Source of the DNA: an uncultured Veillonellaceae bacterium
Lineage (GTDB): Bacteria; Bacillota; Negativicutes; JARBTT01
Length of the DNA: 64,000 nt
Assembly: GCA_963805085.1 (NCBI GenBank)
Contig: CAWDTA010000001.1
Location: 288,001 to 352,000 of the forward strand
Reading direction: 5' to 3'
Of this stretch, positions 11,143 to 21,083 are shown piece after piece; the stretch's first letter is position 1; each line of letters opens with the position of its first letter. The notes beneath the pieces were generated by a model, which saw only the letters and a list, made by a program, of their open reading frames with translations, was not told where the DNA came from and did no database searches. The position numbers and the translations under genes were made by a program.

Positions 11143-12330
11143 TTACTCTGTCGGCAATTGTAACTTGTAAGCACAGTTATTCTTTAGAATAGCATGAATC
11201 GTATAACAAAGTTTACGAGCAACGGCTCCAATACAGGTCAAGTGATGTTTGCCTTCAGCACGTTTCTTTTGGTAATAAGCTTTAAATACAGGATCGTGAA
11301 TAGATGCAATCAAAGCAGACTGAAACAAAGCCTTCCTCAAATAAGGCGATCCTCGTTTACTCATTTTATTATTTGTGCTTTGATATTCGCCAGACTGGCA
11401 TACAGAGGCATCAATCCCAGCATAGGCCACTAATTTCGAGGGATTGCTAAACTTGTTAATATCGCCGATTTCACCAAGTATAGTAGCAGCAGTTATTGTG
11501 GCTATTCCTGGAATAGTAGTAATAGGTGAGTTGATTTTTTCTAATAAAGATTTTATTTGAACCTCAATATCAGCAATTTGTTGTTCAATAAAATTAATTT
11601 GCTCAATCAGAAGTTTAAGTTGAAAAGTCAGGCTTTCCAAGCAGAAAGTAATACCAAAAGAATTTTTAGCTAAAGTAGATATACTGCTGATTTTCTTAGA
11701 TGCAAAACCCTTGCAAGTGATTTGAGAAAGAATCTCTTCTAATTGAGTTGAAGTAACATTTTGAAATTCTATAGGAGAACTCAGTTGTAGAAGAATTTCT
11801 TTCGATGTTTTACCAAAAATATTGGAAAAAACGGATTGATATTCAGGGAAAATTTGATCTAAAACACAAATGGTTTTTCTTTTTAAATCACCAATAGAAC
11901 TGACAAGATAATTTCTAAATCGGGAAAGGTTACGTAAAGAAAGTATGTTTTCATCCGCAAGAGAAGTTTCTAAAAAATCTCCATAACGAATAAAATCAGC
12001 AATTAATACAGAATCAATAATATCTGTTTTACGCTTTCTAATTTCAGTACCTTTACGCCAACCATCGGTTTGAATTGGATTGATGACATGAACAAAAAAG
12101 CCATGTTCAATAAGAAAAGAATAAAGGGAAAGCCAATAATGACCAGTAGCTTCCATACCAATTTCAATAGAGGTAGCAAAAGGTGTAATTTTTTCTAATA
12201 AACTATTGCCACCATTGGTAGAGTTTGCGAAAGAAAAAGCTTTAAAAAGAGTCTTGCCTTTTTCGTCCATAAGAGAAGCAACATGCGTATTTTTGCCGAT
12301 ATCAATACCAAGATAAACCATACAAATCAC
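11143..12330 (-). CDS. IS110 family transposase (bridge recombinase)
   Basis: YLGIDIGK, MEATGHYW, KTDIID, TIPGIA, AYAGIDASVCQSG and SKRGSPYLRKAL motifs. Confidence 0.95.
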   Translation of the reverse strand: MICMVYLGIDIGKNTHVASLMDEKGKTLFKAFSFANSTNGGNSLLEKITPFATSIEIGMEATGHYWLSLYSFLIEHGFFVHVINPIQTDGWRKGTEIRKRKTDIIDSVLIADFIRYGDFLETSLADENILSLRNLSRFRNYLVSSIGDLKRKTICVLDQIFPEYQSVFSNIFGKTSKEILLQLSSPIEFQNVTSTQLEEILSQITCKGFASKKISSISTLAKNSFGITFCLESLTFQLKLLIEQINFIEQQIADIEVQIKSLLEKINSPITTIPGIATITAATILGEIGDINKFSNPSKLVAYAGIDASVCQSGEYQSTNNKMSKRGSPYLRKALFQSALIASIHDPVFKAYYQKKRAEGKHHLTCIGAVARKLCYTIHAILKNNCAYKLQLPTE

Positions 12331-12344
12331 CCAATAAAAGTATT

Positions 12345-12560
12345 TTAGATAGGTATCCTCTAGTCTGAAAAACGTTACCGCCTTATTGTAGATACGAAGT
12401 GCTTAAACAAAAGCCAACATCCAACTTATTCGTAAACAGTAAAACAGACAGAGGTGTCAGTCTTTCAAGAACGAGATTATATCTCAAGGAGAGGACGACA
12501 TCACTCTACCTAATAAATTAATTATACGATTTTTTGTATAATTAATCAGCTAATAAAGGA
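12345..12560 (-). ncRNA. Putative IS110 bridge RNA
   Basis: Non-coding end with loop segments matching the insertion target (12486-12493, 12462-12466) and the element ends (12421-12426, 12382-12386); boundaries approximate. Confidence 0.65.
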
Positions 12561-12610
12561 TTATAGGTTGCCTTTACTAACCTAAATATATTATATAAGG
12601 AGAGAGTAGA

Positions 12611-13279
12611 TTGGAACAATTTCTTTGGGTCATTTTGCCATATATAACCCTGGTATTCTTTTTTGCAGGGCTGATTCATCGGTATAAATATGATCAATTT
12701 GGTTGGATAACTAAATCAAGTGAGATTTTTGAAAAGAAACAACTGCGAATCGGGGCTCCAGTATTTCATTTTGGCTTGCTGATGGTTTTAGGTGGTCATA
12801 TCATGGGGGTACTTGTCCCCATCTCTATTTGGGATACTTTTGGGGTTACGGAAGAAATGTATCATATGAATGCATTGATGGGCGGAATTCCAGCAGGGTT
12901 GGCAGCTGCTTGCGGTTTAAGTATTTTAATTTATCGTCGCTATGCAAATGAGAAAATTAGATTGAACACATCAAAGAGTGATGTAGTAACCTTAGTTTTT
13001 TTAGCATTTGTTGTTTTTTCCGGTTACCTATCAACAATATGCAATATCCAAAATAATGGTTTTGATTATCGCACAACCATCGGACCTTGGTTTAGAAGTT
13101 TATTTTTCTTTTCTCCTGATGCAAAACTAATGACGACAATTCCTTGGTGGTTTAAATTACATTTGCTTTCTTGGATGGCGTTGGTTGCAGTATTACCATT
13201 TACCAGACTTGTGCATATGCTTAGTTTACCGTTTCGTTATTATGGACGGAACTATATCATCTATCGAAAACGTGGGTAG
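12611..13279 (+). CDS. narI: Respiratory nitrate reductase gamma subunit (cytochrome b)
   Basis: RYKYDQFGW, heme His residues (FHFG, GHIMG, KLHL, LVHM), PFTRLVH. Confidence 0.95.
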   Translation: MEQFLWVILPYITLVFFFAGLIHRYKYDQFGWITKSSEIFEKKQLRIGAPVFHFGLLMVLGGHIMGVLVPISIWDTFGVTEEMYHMNALMGGIPAGLAAACGLSILIYRRYANEKIRLNTSKSDVVTLVFLAFVVFSGYLSTICNIQNNGFDYRTTIGPWFRSLFFFSPDAKLMTTIPWWFKLHLLSWMALVAVLPFTRLVHMLSLPFRYYGRNYIIYRKRG

Positions 13280-13308
13280 CAATATTTACTAAAATGGGGT
13301 GAATAAAT

Positions 13309-13845
13309 ATGAAAAGTATAGTTGTGCATTCTTCTGTAACAGGAAATACAAAAATGGTTGCAGAAGCGATTGCTGAGGAACTTGGAGCAAAGCAAGAGCT
13401 GTTTCCAATTGAGAGTGCGCCAATTGATGTAGAGTGCGATTTAATTGCGGTAGGTTTCTGGGTTAATCGTGGGAATGCCGATTTGAAAACGGCAAAATAT
13501 TTGGAGCAACTAAGAAATAAAAACGTTGCCTTGTTTGCAACGTTAGGCGCATATCCTGATTCCCAGCATGCAATTGATAGTATAAAAAATGCAGCGCAAT
13601 TTCTAGATGAAAGTAATACGGTAATGGGAAGCTTTATTTGTCAAGGCAAAGTAAATCCAAAGTTAATTGAAAAAATGGCAGAAAGGTTTCCAAAAGGACA
13701 TTCTCATGAAATAACCAACGAGAGACGTGAACGGCATAAGGTTGCAAGCACACACCCTGATGCAAATGATTTAATGAATGCAAAAAAAGAATTTGGCTTC
13801 ATTAAAGAAAAAATCGAAAAAATGTTAGAAATAGATATAGAATAA
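13309..13845 (+). CDS. Flavodoxin-family protein
   Basis: SSVTGNTKMVAEAI, GFWVNRG, FATLGA, FICQGK and HPD motifs. Confidence 0.85.
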   Translation: MKSIVVHSSVTGNTKMVAEAIAEELGAKQELFPIESAPIDVECDLIAVGFWVNRGNADLKTAKYLEQLRNKNVALFATLGAYPDSQHAIDSIKNAAQFLDESNTVMGSFICQGKVNPKLIEKMAERFPKGHSHEITNERRERHKVASTHPDANDLMNAKKEFGFIKEKIEKMLEIDIE

Positions 13846-13999
13846 GCTAAGAAATTCTTGATTATTACCTGAATATCGGCAAAAAAATGCCGGTATTCAG
13901 GCTTTTGGCATTCAATGAATAAATGAAAAAAACACTCTTATCTAACGGCAAAATACCGTGTATAAAAGTGTTTCTTGTTATTCCTATTGATGGAAAGCT

Positions 14000-14353
14000 C
14001 TAGGTTGCTTTTGCTTGTTTGTTTTTGGCTTCTTTAAACTGGATATAAGCTTCAACTTCTTGTCGGTCTCTTTGGGGTAACTGGCGTAAACGATATGCCA
14101 TGTCAATAATATCATGTTCATGGGCCATTAATTCTTCTATGGTAAAGCGGATATCAGTTTCTCCTAGCAGCCATGATACACTAACACAAAATTTAGTTGC
14201 AATTAATTTTAATGTTTCAATGTCAGGTTCACCACGGCCACTGCGCCAATTGAATACTTGAAATTTAGAAGCATTGATAAGTGTACCAAAATCTTCTTGG
14301 GATAAGCTAGAGTTTTCAAATAGGAAGTTGAAATGTTCGCGAAATGTTGCCAT
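14000..14353 (-). CDS. XRE-family HTH regulator divergent from ccm operon
   Basis: LSQEDFG..NWRSGRGEP..VSVSWLLG HTH_3 pattern. Confidence 0.8.
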   Translation of the reverse strand: MATFREHFNFLFENSSLSQEDFGTLINASKFQVFNWRSGRGEPDIETLKLIATKFCVSVSWLLGETDIRFTIEELMAHEHDIIDMAYRLRQLPQRDRQEVEAYIQFKEAKNKQAKAT

Positions 14354-14554
14354 TTTACACCACCACATAAGATTTGTACAACTCATTATAAACCAAATGA
14401 ATTAGTTAATAAACAACAAAGTAAAAAATGCAATTGACATAGTAAAAATTGCATCATATAATTAGTGAATAACAAGCGGATATTATTATATAATCGTTAT
14501 TTATAGCAGATGATGCGATTTAAAGTTGAAAATTTCGTAGAGAGGAACTGCAGT

Positions 14555-15181
14555 ATGGAAATACGGATCGAACTGAATAACATCAAAAAAACGTATGGTA
14601 AAAAAGTTTTATATTCAAATTTGTGTGATTGTATAGAATCAGCAAATTGTACATGTATTACGGGGAATAACGGCTCGGGTAAATCAACATTGTTAAAAAT
14701 TATTGGTAGCTTGATTGCTGCTGATAGTGGCGAGGTCGATGTTTTTCAAGATGGATATAAGTTAAAACGAGATGAATACCAACGTTTGATTGGTATGGTG
14801 GCACCAGACTTAGCACTTTATGATCAATTAAGTGCAATTGAAAACATCCAATTTTTTGCAGGGTTTCGAAATAATAATCTGACGTATGAAAGCATCGTGG
14901 AGAACCTTTTTAAAGTAGGACTTGTTGGCGTAGAAGATAAATTGGTAAAAACGTTTTCTACCGGAATGAAACAACGTTTAAAATTAGCGGTTTTAGCAAG
15001 TTCAAATGTTTCTATTTGGCTCTTAGACGAACCTTCTTCTAATTTAGATCAAGAAGGCAGAAGTATGGTGAAGAAATTAGTTCAAGAATCTGTGGACTCT
15101 GGCAAGTTAGTGATCTTAGCTACTAACGAAGAGCAGGAGGTAGAGTATGCATCGCATATACTCAATTTGGCAGAAAATTAA
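14555..15181 (+). CDS. ccmA: Heme exporter ATP-binding protein
   Basis: Walker A GNNGSGKST, FSTGMKQR signature, LLDEP; first gene of ccm cluster. Confidence 0.88.
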   Translation: MEIRIELNNIKKTYGKKVLYSNLCDCIESANCTCITGNNGSGKSTLLKIIGSLIAADSGEVDVFQDGYKLKRDEYQRLIGMVAPDLALYDQLSAIENIQFFAGFRNNNLTYESIVENLFKVGLVGVEDKLVKTFSTGMKQRLKLAVLASSNVSIWLLDEPSSNLDQEGRSMVKKLVQESVDSGKLVILATNEEQEVEYASHILNLAEN

Positions 15182-15824
15182 AATGATTTTGCACAAAGAA
15201 TTGCTGATTGAGTTTCGCACTCGGTATGCATGGAGTTCCTTAATAATGTTTGCATTAACAACATTAGCTTGTATCAGTATGGCGATTGGTGGAAACATGT
15301 TATCTCCATTGCTAGACGCTGTTTTATTTTGGATTATTATATTTTTTTCGGCAATGGCTGGGCTTGGGCGGGTGTTTATTCAAGAGCAGGAAGCTGGGAC
15401 AATGAACATGCTGCGGATTTATGCAGAGCCTCAGAGTGTATTATTTGGCAAACTTATTTATAATATTGTTTTGTTAATCGCTTTGATTGTTTTGTTATTG
15501 CCTTGCTATGTAATTTTTTTAGATATCGAAATATTTTGGGTATGGTATTTATTTTTAATTTTATTGTTTGGCAGTATTGGTATAGCCGCTGTGTCAACCT
15601 TAATTGCCGCAATTGTTGCAAATACAGAATCAAAAGGCAATTTATTTACCATACTGACCTTTCCAATTATCTTGCCATTGCTTTTGATGGTAATAAGGTT
15701 GACGGAGCGTACATTAATAAACGAACCCTTTGTGGACGTACAGCAATTATATATTGTAGTTGCTTATGATTTTATCATTGTCGGTGTTTTATCTATTTTA
15801 TTTGATTACTTATGGGATGAATAG
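15147..15824 (+). CDS. ccmB: Heme exporter permease
   Basis: KELLIEFR, FIQEQEAGTM and LTFPIILP motifs; hydrophobic. Confidence 0.88.
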   Translation: MHRIYSIWQKIKMILHKELLIEFRTRYAWSSLIMFALTTLACISMAIGGNMLSPLLDAVLFWIIIFFSAMAGLGRVFIQEQEAGTMNMLRIYAEPQSVLFGKLIYNIVLLIALIVLLLPCYVIFLDIEIFWVWYLFLILLFGSIGIAAVSTLIAAIVANTESKGNLFTILTFPIILPLLLMVIRLTERTLINEPFVDVQQLYIVVAYDFIIVGVLSILFDYLWDE

Positions 15825-15835
15825 GAGGAAGATCG

Positions 15836-16471
15836 ATGTTAAACTACGGTCTAGCCATATGGTCAATGGGAGTTGTTTGGGCAGTATTTTATCTTGTACC
15901 ACCAGCTAAAGGATTGGGGGAGCTGGTAAGAATTGCATTCTTTCATATCCCGGTAGCTTGGGTTTCTGTATTGGCATTTTTCATGTCGGCTTGGTGGGCG
16001 ATACGCTATTTAAAGACGAAGTCAATGAAATACGATTATTTGAGTGCAAAAGCGGCATCACTTGGTATGATTTTTTGTATTTTAGCAACGGTAAGTGGTG
16101 CAATTTTTGCAAAATTATCTTGGGGCACTTATTGGAACTGGGATCCAAGGCAGACAACTATTTTTATTTTACTTTTGATTTATGGTGCGTATCTAACACT
16201 TCGAAACTCAATCACTGTGCTGAGAGTACGAGCAAAATTATCCGCAGTATATTCTTTACTTTCCTGCGTAACAGTCCCTTTTTTGGTATTTGTTATTCCA
16301 CGCTATTATTTTTCATTGCATCCAGAACCAGTACTGAATAGCGCAGGAAAATTAGATATGGACCGCATTATGATTTGGACCTTAATTGCAGCGTTGTTTG
16401 CATTTACCGGTATCTTTCTAAAATTACTTTACGCGAAGAACAATCACAGCGAAAAGGGTGATTCTATATGA
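15836..16471 (+). CDS. ccmC: Heme exporter/cytochrome c biogenesis protein
   Basis: FFHIPVAW, WGTYWNWDPR WWD domain, SLHP. Confidence 0.92.
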   Translation: MLNYGLAIWSMGVVWAVFYLVPPAKGLGELVRIAFFHIPVAWVSVLAFFMSAWWAIRYLKTKSMKYDYLSAKAASLGMIFCILATVSGAIFAKLSWGTYWNWDPRQTTIFILLLIYGAYLTLRNSITVLRVRAKLSAVYSLLSCVTVPFLVFVIPRYYFSLHPEPVLNSAGKLDMDRIMIWTLIAALFAFTGIFLKLLYAKNNHSEKGDSI

Positions 16472-16842
16472 AACAAAGGCACATCATCATTGGTGTATTG
16501 ATTGCGCTATTTGGTATGTATTGCATTTTTTCTTTCAATGACTCCTTAACGCCTTATGTTAGTATTGCACAAGCAAAATCAGCTTCGAACAATGTGCAAG
16601 TGAAAGGTGTCCTTGCAAAAAATCATAAGCCACCGTATAGCGAAAACGGAAAATTTTATTTTGGTTTAGAAGATGAAAACGGAGATGTCGTAACGGTTGC
16701 CTATAAAGGTGTCAAACCAGAAGGGTTTGACGACGCAGTACATATTGTTGCAATTGGAAAATATAAAGACAATGAGATTCAAACAGATAAATTATTGATT
16801 AAATGCCCATCTAAATATGAGGCAAATGGAGGACAAAAATAA
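16468..16842 (+). CDS. ccmE: Heme chaperone, CxxxY variant
   Basis: N-terminal TM, V.YKGVKPEGF, C-terminal KCPSKY. Confidence 0.9.
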   Translation: MKQRHIIIGVLIALFGMYCIFSFNDSLTPYVSIAQAKSASNNVQVKGVLAKNHKPPYSENGKFYFGLEDENGDVVTVAYKGVKPEGFDDAVHIVAIGKYKDNEIQTDKLLIKCPSKYEANGGQK

Positions 16843-18993
16843 ATGATAGGTTTTGTGGCATTATTTGCAGCATTTATAACAACAGTAATTGCGATTTTTG
16901 CTTATACAACTTCATTTTTAAAAGAAATGAGTTTATACAATAAGGTTGTAGAAAATAAATTGGGCAGTATTTGTTTTAAACTGTCTAGCTTAAGCGTTAT
17001 TGTTGCGAGTGGTTTTCTACTCTATATCATTTTGACAAATCAATTTGAGTATTCTTACGTATGGGGGTACTCATCAACGGATTTATCACTTGGTTATAAG
17101 ATCGCTGCTTTTTGGGCAGGGCAAGAAGGCTCGTTTTTATTATGGCTATTGATCCATAGTATTTGTGGATGGATTTTTATTCGTCCGAACGGAATGCCCA
17201 AGAGTGCTTTTTCAGTATATATGATTGTGCAGCTACTGATTATTATTATGCTGATTAATAAAAGTCCATTTATGATGATGGCAGAATTGCAGCCAGAAGG
17301 TGCAGGCTTAAATCCATTGTTACAAAATCCTTGGATGGCAATTCATCCACCGATTATTTTTATTGGCTATGCACTCCTTGCAGTACCATTTTGTTATGCA
17401 ATAGGTGCGCTATTAACAAACAAGCATCAAGAATGGGTGAAACCAGCGCTTCGTTGGGCGCTTATTGCTTGGTCAGCGCTTGGTGCAGGTATATTTATGG
17501 GTGGCTATTGGGCGTATAAAGTCCTTGGTTGGGGTGGCTATTGGGCGTGGGATCCAGTAGAAAACTCTTCCTTGGTACCTTGGTTAATTGCGACAGCACT
17601 TGTGCATTTAATGCTCACGGTACCAGTTAAAATTGGTGCTTTAAAACCAACTTATTTTGCTGCGATTTTTAGTTTTGTTTCCGTTCTTTATGGGACATTT
17701 CTAACGCGTAGTGGCATTTTGAGTGATTTTTCTGTGCATTCTTTTAGTGATGATGGTATTGGTGGTATTTTAGCAACCATTGTTGGTCTAGTAACTGTGC
17801 TTGCATTATGTATCTTAACTGTTAAATGGCCTAGTATTCCAGAAAAAAATCTATACGAAAATCTAAATACGCGTGAATTTTCAATTGCAGGTGGAATGAC
17901 TGTATTTGCTTTTATCGCGGCAATTGTTTTCGTTGGTATGTCAATGCCGCTTATTACAAAAATCATGGGGAATCCCCAAAGTGTTGATGCAAGTTTTTAT
18001 AATAAAACGACTGCGCCACTTGGACTTCTTATGCTTTTATTCGTTAGCATCAGTCCAATTTTGAAGTGGGATGAAAATAAGATAGATGTTTTAAAAAAAT
18101 ATTGGTGGGGCGTAATTCCTTTTATATTAGGAATAGGCGTTTCTTATTATTATCAATTTAGCAATATATTGCATTATTTGGTTTTAGCAGTAGCTTTTGT
18201 TGCGGTTGTAATAAATTCATATCTAATAAAAAAATCAATTTCATGTCAAGCCGGAATCGCACATATAGGACTGGCATTAACGATGGCAGGTATTATTTTA
18301 TCTTCTGATGGAAGTCAAACGATAGCAGAAACTTTCAATGTGGATGAATCAAAGTATATGTTTGGTTATGAAGTCACTTATAAAGGAGAAGAAAAGCCAG
18401 AGAATGGTTCAGTAAAATATCAAGTGTTTGATTTGAATGGAACACTACTTAAAACAACAACAAAATTAAATGCAAAAGGTATGGAGGCTGTGCGTGAACC
18501 AGGAATTTATCATTCTTTAACAGGTGATATCTATTTTGCACCAGCACATAATCATACGAACAATAACGCTAAGCAGGTCGTTGTAGATAAGAAAAAAATA
18601 GTGATGGAAAATGATCTGACGTTTAAATTCAATGGGGTTAGCATGGAATCTATGCCAGGCATGGAAGAAAATATGCTGGTCAAAGCAATGGTTGATGTGA
18701 CAGATGGAACACAAACGGAAAATGTAGTATTGGTTCTTGCCTATGATAAAGATTTTAAATCAATTCCTGTCAATATTTTAGGAAATAAATATCAATTAGC
18801 GCTCACAGGAGTCTCTAATGATGAAAATAAGATTCGCATTGAAGTTACAAATAACGAGGAAAGACAGGCCCAGCATGAAGTTGAAGTAGAAGTGAGTACG
18901 AAACCATTTGTATGGCTAGTTTGGCTTGGAACTATTCTGATTACTATAAGCTCTCTTGGTGCAGCTGTACGTAGATTTTTACATAAAAAATAA
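16843..18993 (+). CDS. ccmF: Cytochrome c synthase (heme lyase)
   Basis: FWAGQEGSFLLW, GLNPLLQN..IHPP, WGGYWAWDPVEN, TRSGI..SVHSF. Confidence 0.93.
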   Translation: MIGFVALFAAFITTVIAIFAYTTSFLKEMSLYNKVVENKLGSICFKLSSLSVIVASGFLLYIILTNQFEYSYVWGYSSTDLSLGYKIAAFWAGQEGSFLLWLLIHSICGWIFIRPNGMPKSAFSVYMIVQLLIIIMLINKSPFMMMAELQPEGAGLNPLLQNPWMAIHPPIIFIGYALLAVPFCYAIGALLTNKHQEWVKPALRWALIAWSALGAGIFMGGYWAYKVLGWGGYWAWDPVENSSLVPWLIATALVHLMLTVPVKIGALKPTYFAAIFSFVSVLYGTFLTRSGILSDFSVHSFSDDGIGGILATIVGLVTVLALCILTVKWPSIPEKNLYENLNTREFSIAGGMTVFAFIAAIVFVGMSMPLITKIMGNPQSVDASFYNKTTAPLGLLMLLFVSISPILKWDENKIDVLKKYWWGVIPFILGIGVSYYYQFSNILHYLVLAVAFVAVVINSYLIKKSISCQAGIAHIGLALTMAGIILSSDGSQTIAETFNVDESKYMFGYEVTYKGEEKPENGSVKYQVFDLNGTLLKTTTKLNAKGMEAVREPGIYHSLTGDIYFAPAHNHTNNNAKQVVVDKKKIVMENDLTFKFNGVSMESMPGMEENMLVKAMVDVTDGTQTENVVLVLAYDKDFKSIPVNILGNKYQLALTGVSNDENKIRIEVTNNEERQAQHEVEVEVSTKPFVWLVWLGTILITISSLGAAVRRFLHKK

Positions 18994-19079
18994 TCATATA
19001 TCATTTTGTGGACCATGTCCTACTGCGAGGGCTGAGTTATAAATAAAACTGCTGAGCATATGAGAGGAGGGAGAAATCA

Positions 19080-19556
19080 TTGGACATTAAGAATTTTTTG
19101 AATCGTCATGCTTTAAGAAGTGCAATTCTGGGTTTTGTATTTGCATTTGTATTAATGGGCATTGGAGCAATGAATTATACTTATGCAGATTCACCTGCAT
19201 TCTGTGGCAGTTGTCATTCCATGACAGAGACACACGAAAGCTGGGCAATATCGAATCATAAACAAATTGCATGTACAGAATGTCATCTGCCACATTGGAG
19301 CTTTGCTGGTAAAATGGTTGCGAAAGCGCAAACTGGAATGAATGATACCTATCATGAAGTGCTGCGCGATTATCCAGCCCATATAAAACTATCAGCGCAA
19401 GGTAAATCCTATGTGAATGATAATTGCATGAGATGTCATCAATCAACTATGGAAAAAGTACATATCAATATCGCAGGAGAACAAGATTGTCTAAAATGTC
19501 ACAGCAGTGTCGCGCATGGTTCTAATCATCTGGAGGGGGGGATAAAAGTTGAGTAA
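19080..19556 (+). CDS. nrfH: Cytochrome c nitrite reductase small subunit (NapC/NirT family)
   Basis: Four CxxCH motifs (CGSCH, CTECH, CMRCH, CLKCH), N-terminal TM. Confidence 0.93.
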   Translation: MDIKNFLNRHALRSAILGFVFAFVLMGIGAMNYTYADSPAFCGSCHSMTETHESWAISNHKQIACTECHLPHWSFAGKMVAKAQTGMNDTYHEVLRDYPAHIKLSAQGKSYVNDNCMRCHQSTMEKVHINIAGEQDCLKCHSSVAHGSNHLEGGIKVE

Positions 19557-20838
19557 GATGCAAAAGTGTTTAATAGGTTTAATTGGCGTAACTGTATTGT
19601 TCTTTGGATTTATTGTAGTAAGAATTGGCGTAGCGAAACCAGCAGATAGTGTAAAAGTAGCTAAAATCGAAGCTGGGCAGGAGCTAAACATGAATGCTTA
19701 CTCGAAAGCTTATCCATTACAGTACAAATCTTATATGAAAAATAATGAAATGGCACCATCTGTAACTGGATTTGGTGGCAGTACGAAGTATCAACACTCT
19801 GAGAGACAACCAGAAATTAAAGAAAACTTTAAAGGGTATCCTTTTAGTATTGACTACGCAGATGATCGTGGACATACGTATGCAGGCGAAGACGTACTTT
19901 CAACAAAACGTATCAATGATAAATCACCAGCAGCTTGTATTACTTGCAAGACGCCATACGTTGATAAATTCTATCAAGAAATGGGCTGGAAATATGCGAG
20001 TCGTCCATTTAAAGAACTAGCCGATCAAGTTCCAGCAGATGGATATTTAAGTTGTGCAGAGTGTCATGAGCCTGCAACAATGGCACTTCGTGTAGTTAAT
20101 CCTGCATTTATAGAAGCATTAGCAAGACAAGGCAAAGATATAAAAAATGCAACACATCAAGAAATGCGTGCATATGTTTGTGCACAATGTCATGTAGAAT
20201 ATTATTTTGATAAAGACAAACGTGTTGTACTTCCTTGGGATAAAGGCGTAAAACCTGCTGATATGTATGCATATTACAGTGAACATGATAAAACTGACTT
20301 TGAAGCGGATTTTGTTCAGCCGGACTCCAAAGTAAAAGTGCTGAAAGCACAACATCCAGATTATGAAACTTGGTCAACAAGCGTTCATGCGGATAATGGT
20401 GTTACTTGTGTCGATTGTCATATGCCATATATGCGTGACAATGGACAAAAATACACATCTCATTGGATGACGGATCCACTTAGAACTCCAGAAGAATCTT
20501 GTGGTAAATGTCATCAGGATACAGCAAAATTGACTGAACGTGTGAAAACAATTCAGAATAATACCTTCCAAATACAACATACTGCAGGGCAAACGGTTGC
20601 GAAAGCACATCAAGCAATCAAAGCTGCCAGTGAACAACCTGGGGTAGATCTTGTAGAATTAGAAAATGCACGCGAATTAACGCGCAAAGCACAATGGTTC
20701 TGGGATATCGTAGCCGCTGAAAACAGCATGGGCTTCCATAATCCAGACCAAGCGTTAAATACTTTAGGTCAGTCGATTGATTTAGCGCATCAAGCGATTG
20801 AATCTGCGAATAAAGCAGCTAAAGGCAGCATTATCTAA
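19549..20838 (+). CDS. nrfA: Ammonia-forming cytochrome c552 nitrite reductase
   Basis: Active-site CITCK plus four CxxCH; KAQHPDYE and AENSMGFHNP motifs. Confidence 0.96.
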   Translation: MSKMQKCLIGLIGVTVLFFGFIVVRIGVAKPADSVKVAKIEAGQELNMNAYSKAYPLQYKSYMKNNEMAPSVTGFGGSTKYQHSERQPEIKENFKGYPFSIDYADDRGHTYAGEDVLSTKRINDKSPAACITCKTPYVDKFYQEMGWKYASRPFKELADQVPADGYLSCAECHEPATMALRVVNPAFIEALARQGKDIKNATHQEMRAYVCAQCHVEYYFDKDKRVVLPWDKGVKPADMYAYYSEHDKTDFEADFVQPDSKVKVLKAQHPDYETWSTSVHADNGVTCVDCHMPYMRDNGQKYTSHWMTDPLRTPEESCGKCHQDTAKLTERVKTIQNNTFQIQHTAGQTVAKAHQAIKAASEQPGVDLVELENARELTRKAQWFWDIVAAENSMGFHNPDQALNTLGQSIDLAHQAIESANKAAKGSII

Positions 20839-21083
20839 CAGAAATATAGCTTATGTAAAACAGATTCAAAAATAATTGAAACCTTAATGGTCTAGAACGA
20901 TCAGAATAGTTAGAAAACTATGTATTCTGAGTTAATACAATCAGAATACATAGTTCTTTAAATTGTTTTCATATTGATTGAATTTTCTTAACATAAAGAT
21001 AAAAAAGCTATAAGAAAAATTTTTGCAATGAAAATTCGATCATGTAGCTCTTATATGAATGATAAAAATTAAAACAGACAAGG

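Larger units (their letters stand above)
11022..12599 (-). mobile_element. IS110-family element, apparently intact, inserted at the narJ/narI junction
   Basis: DEDD transposase; AG core repeated at 11022-23 and 12598-99; removing it restores narJ ...GAA AGG AGA GAG TAG next to the narI TTG. Confidence 0.88.
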
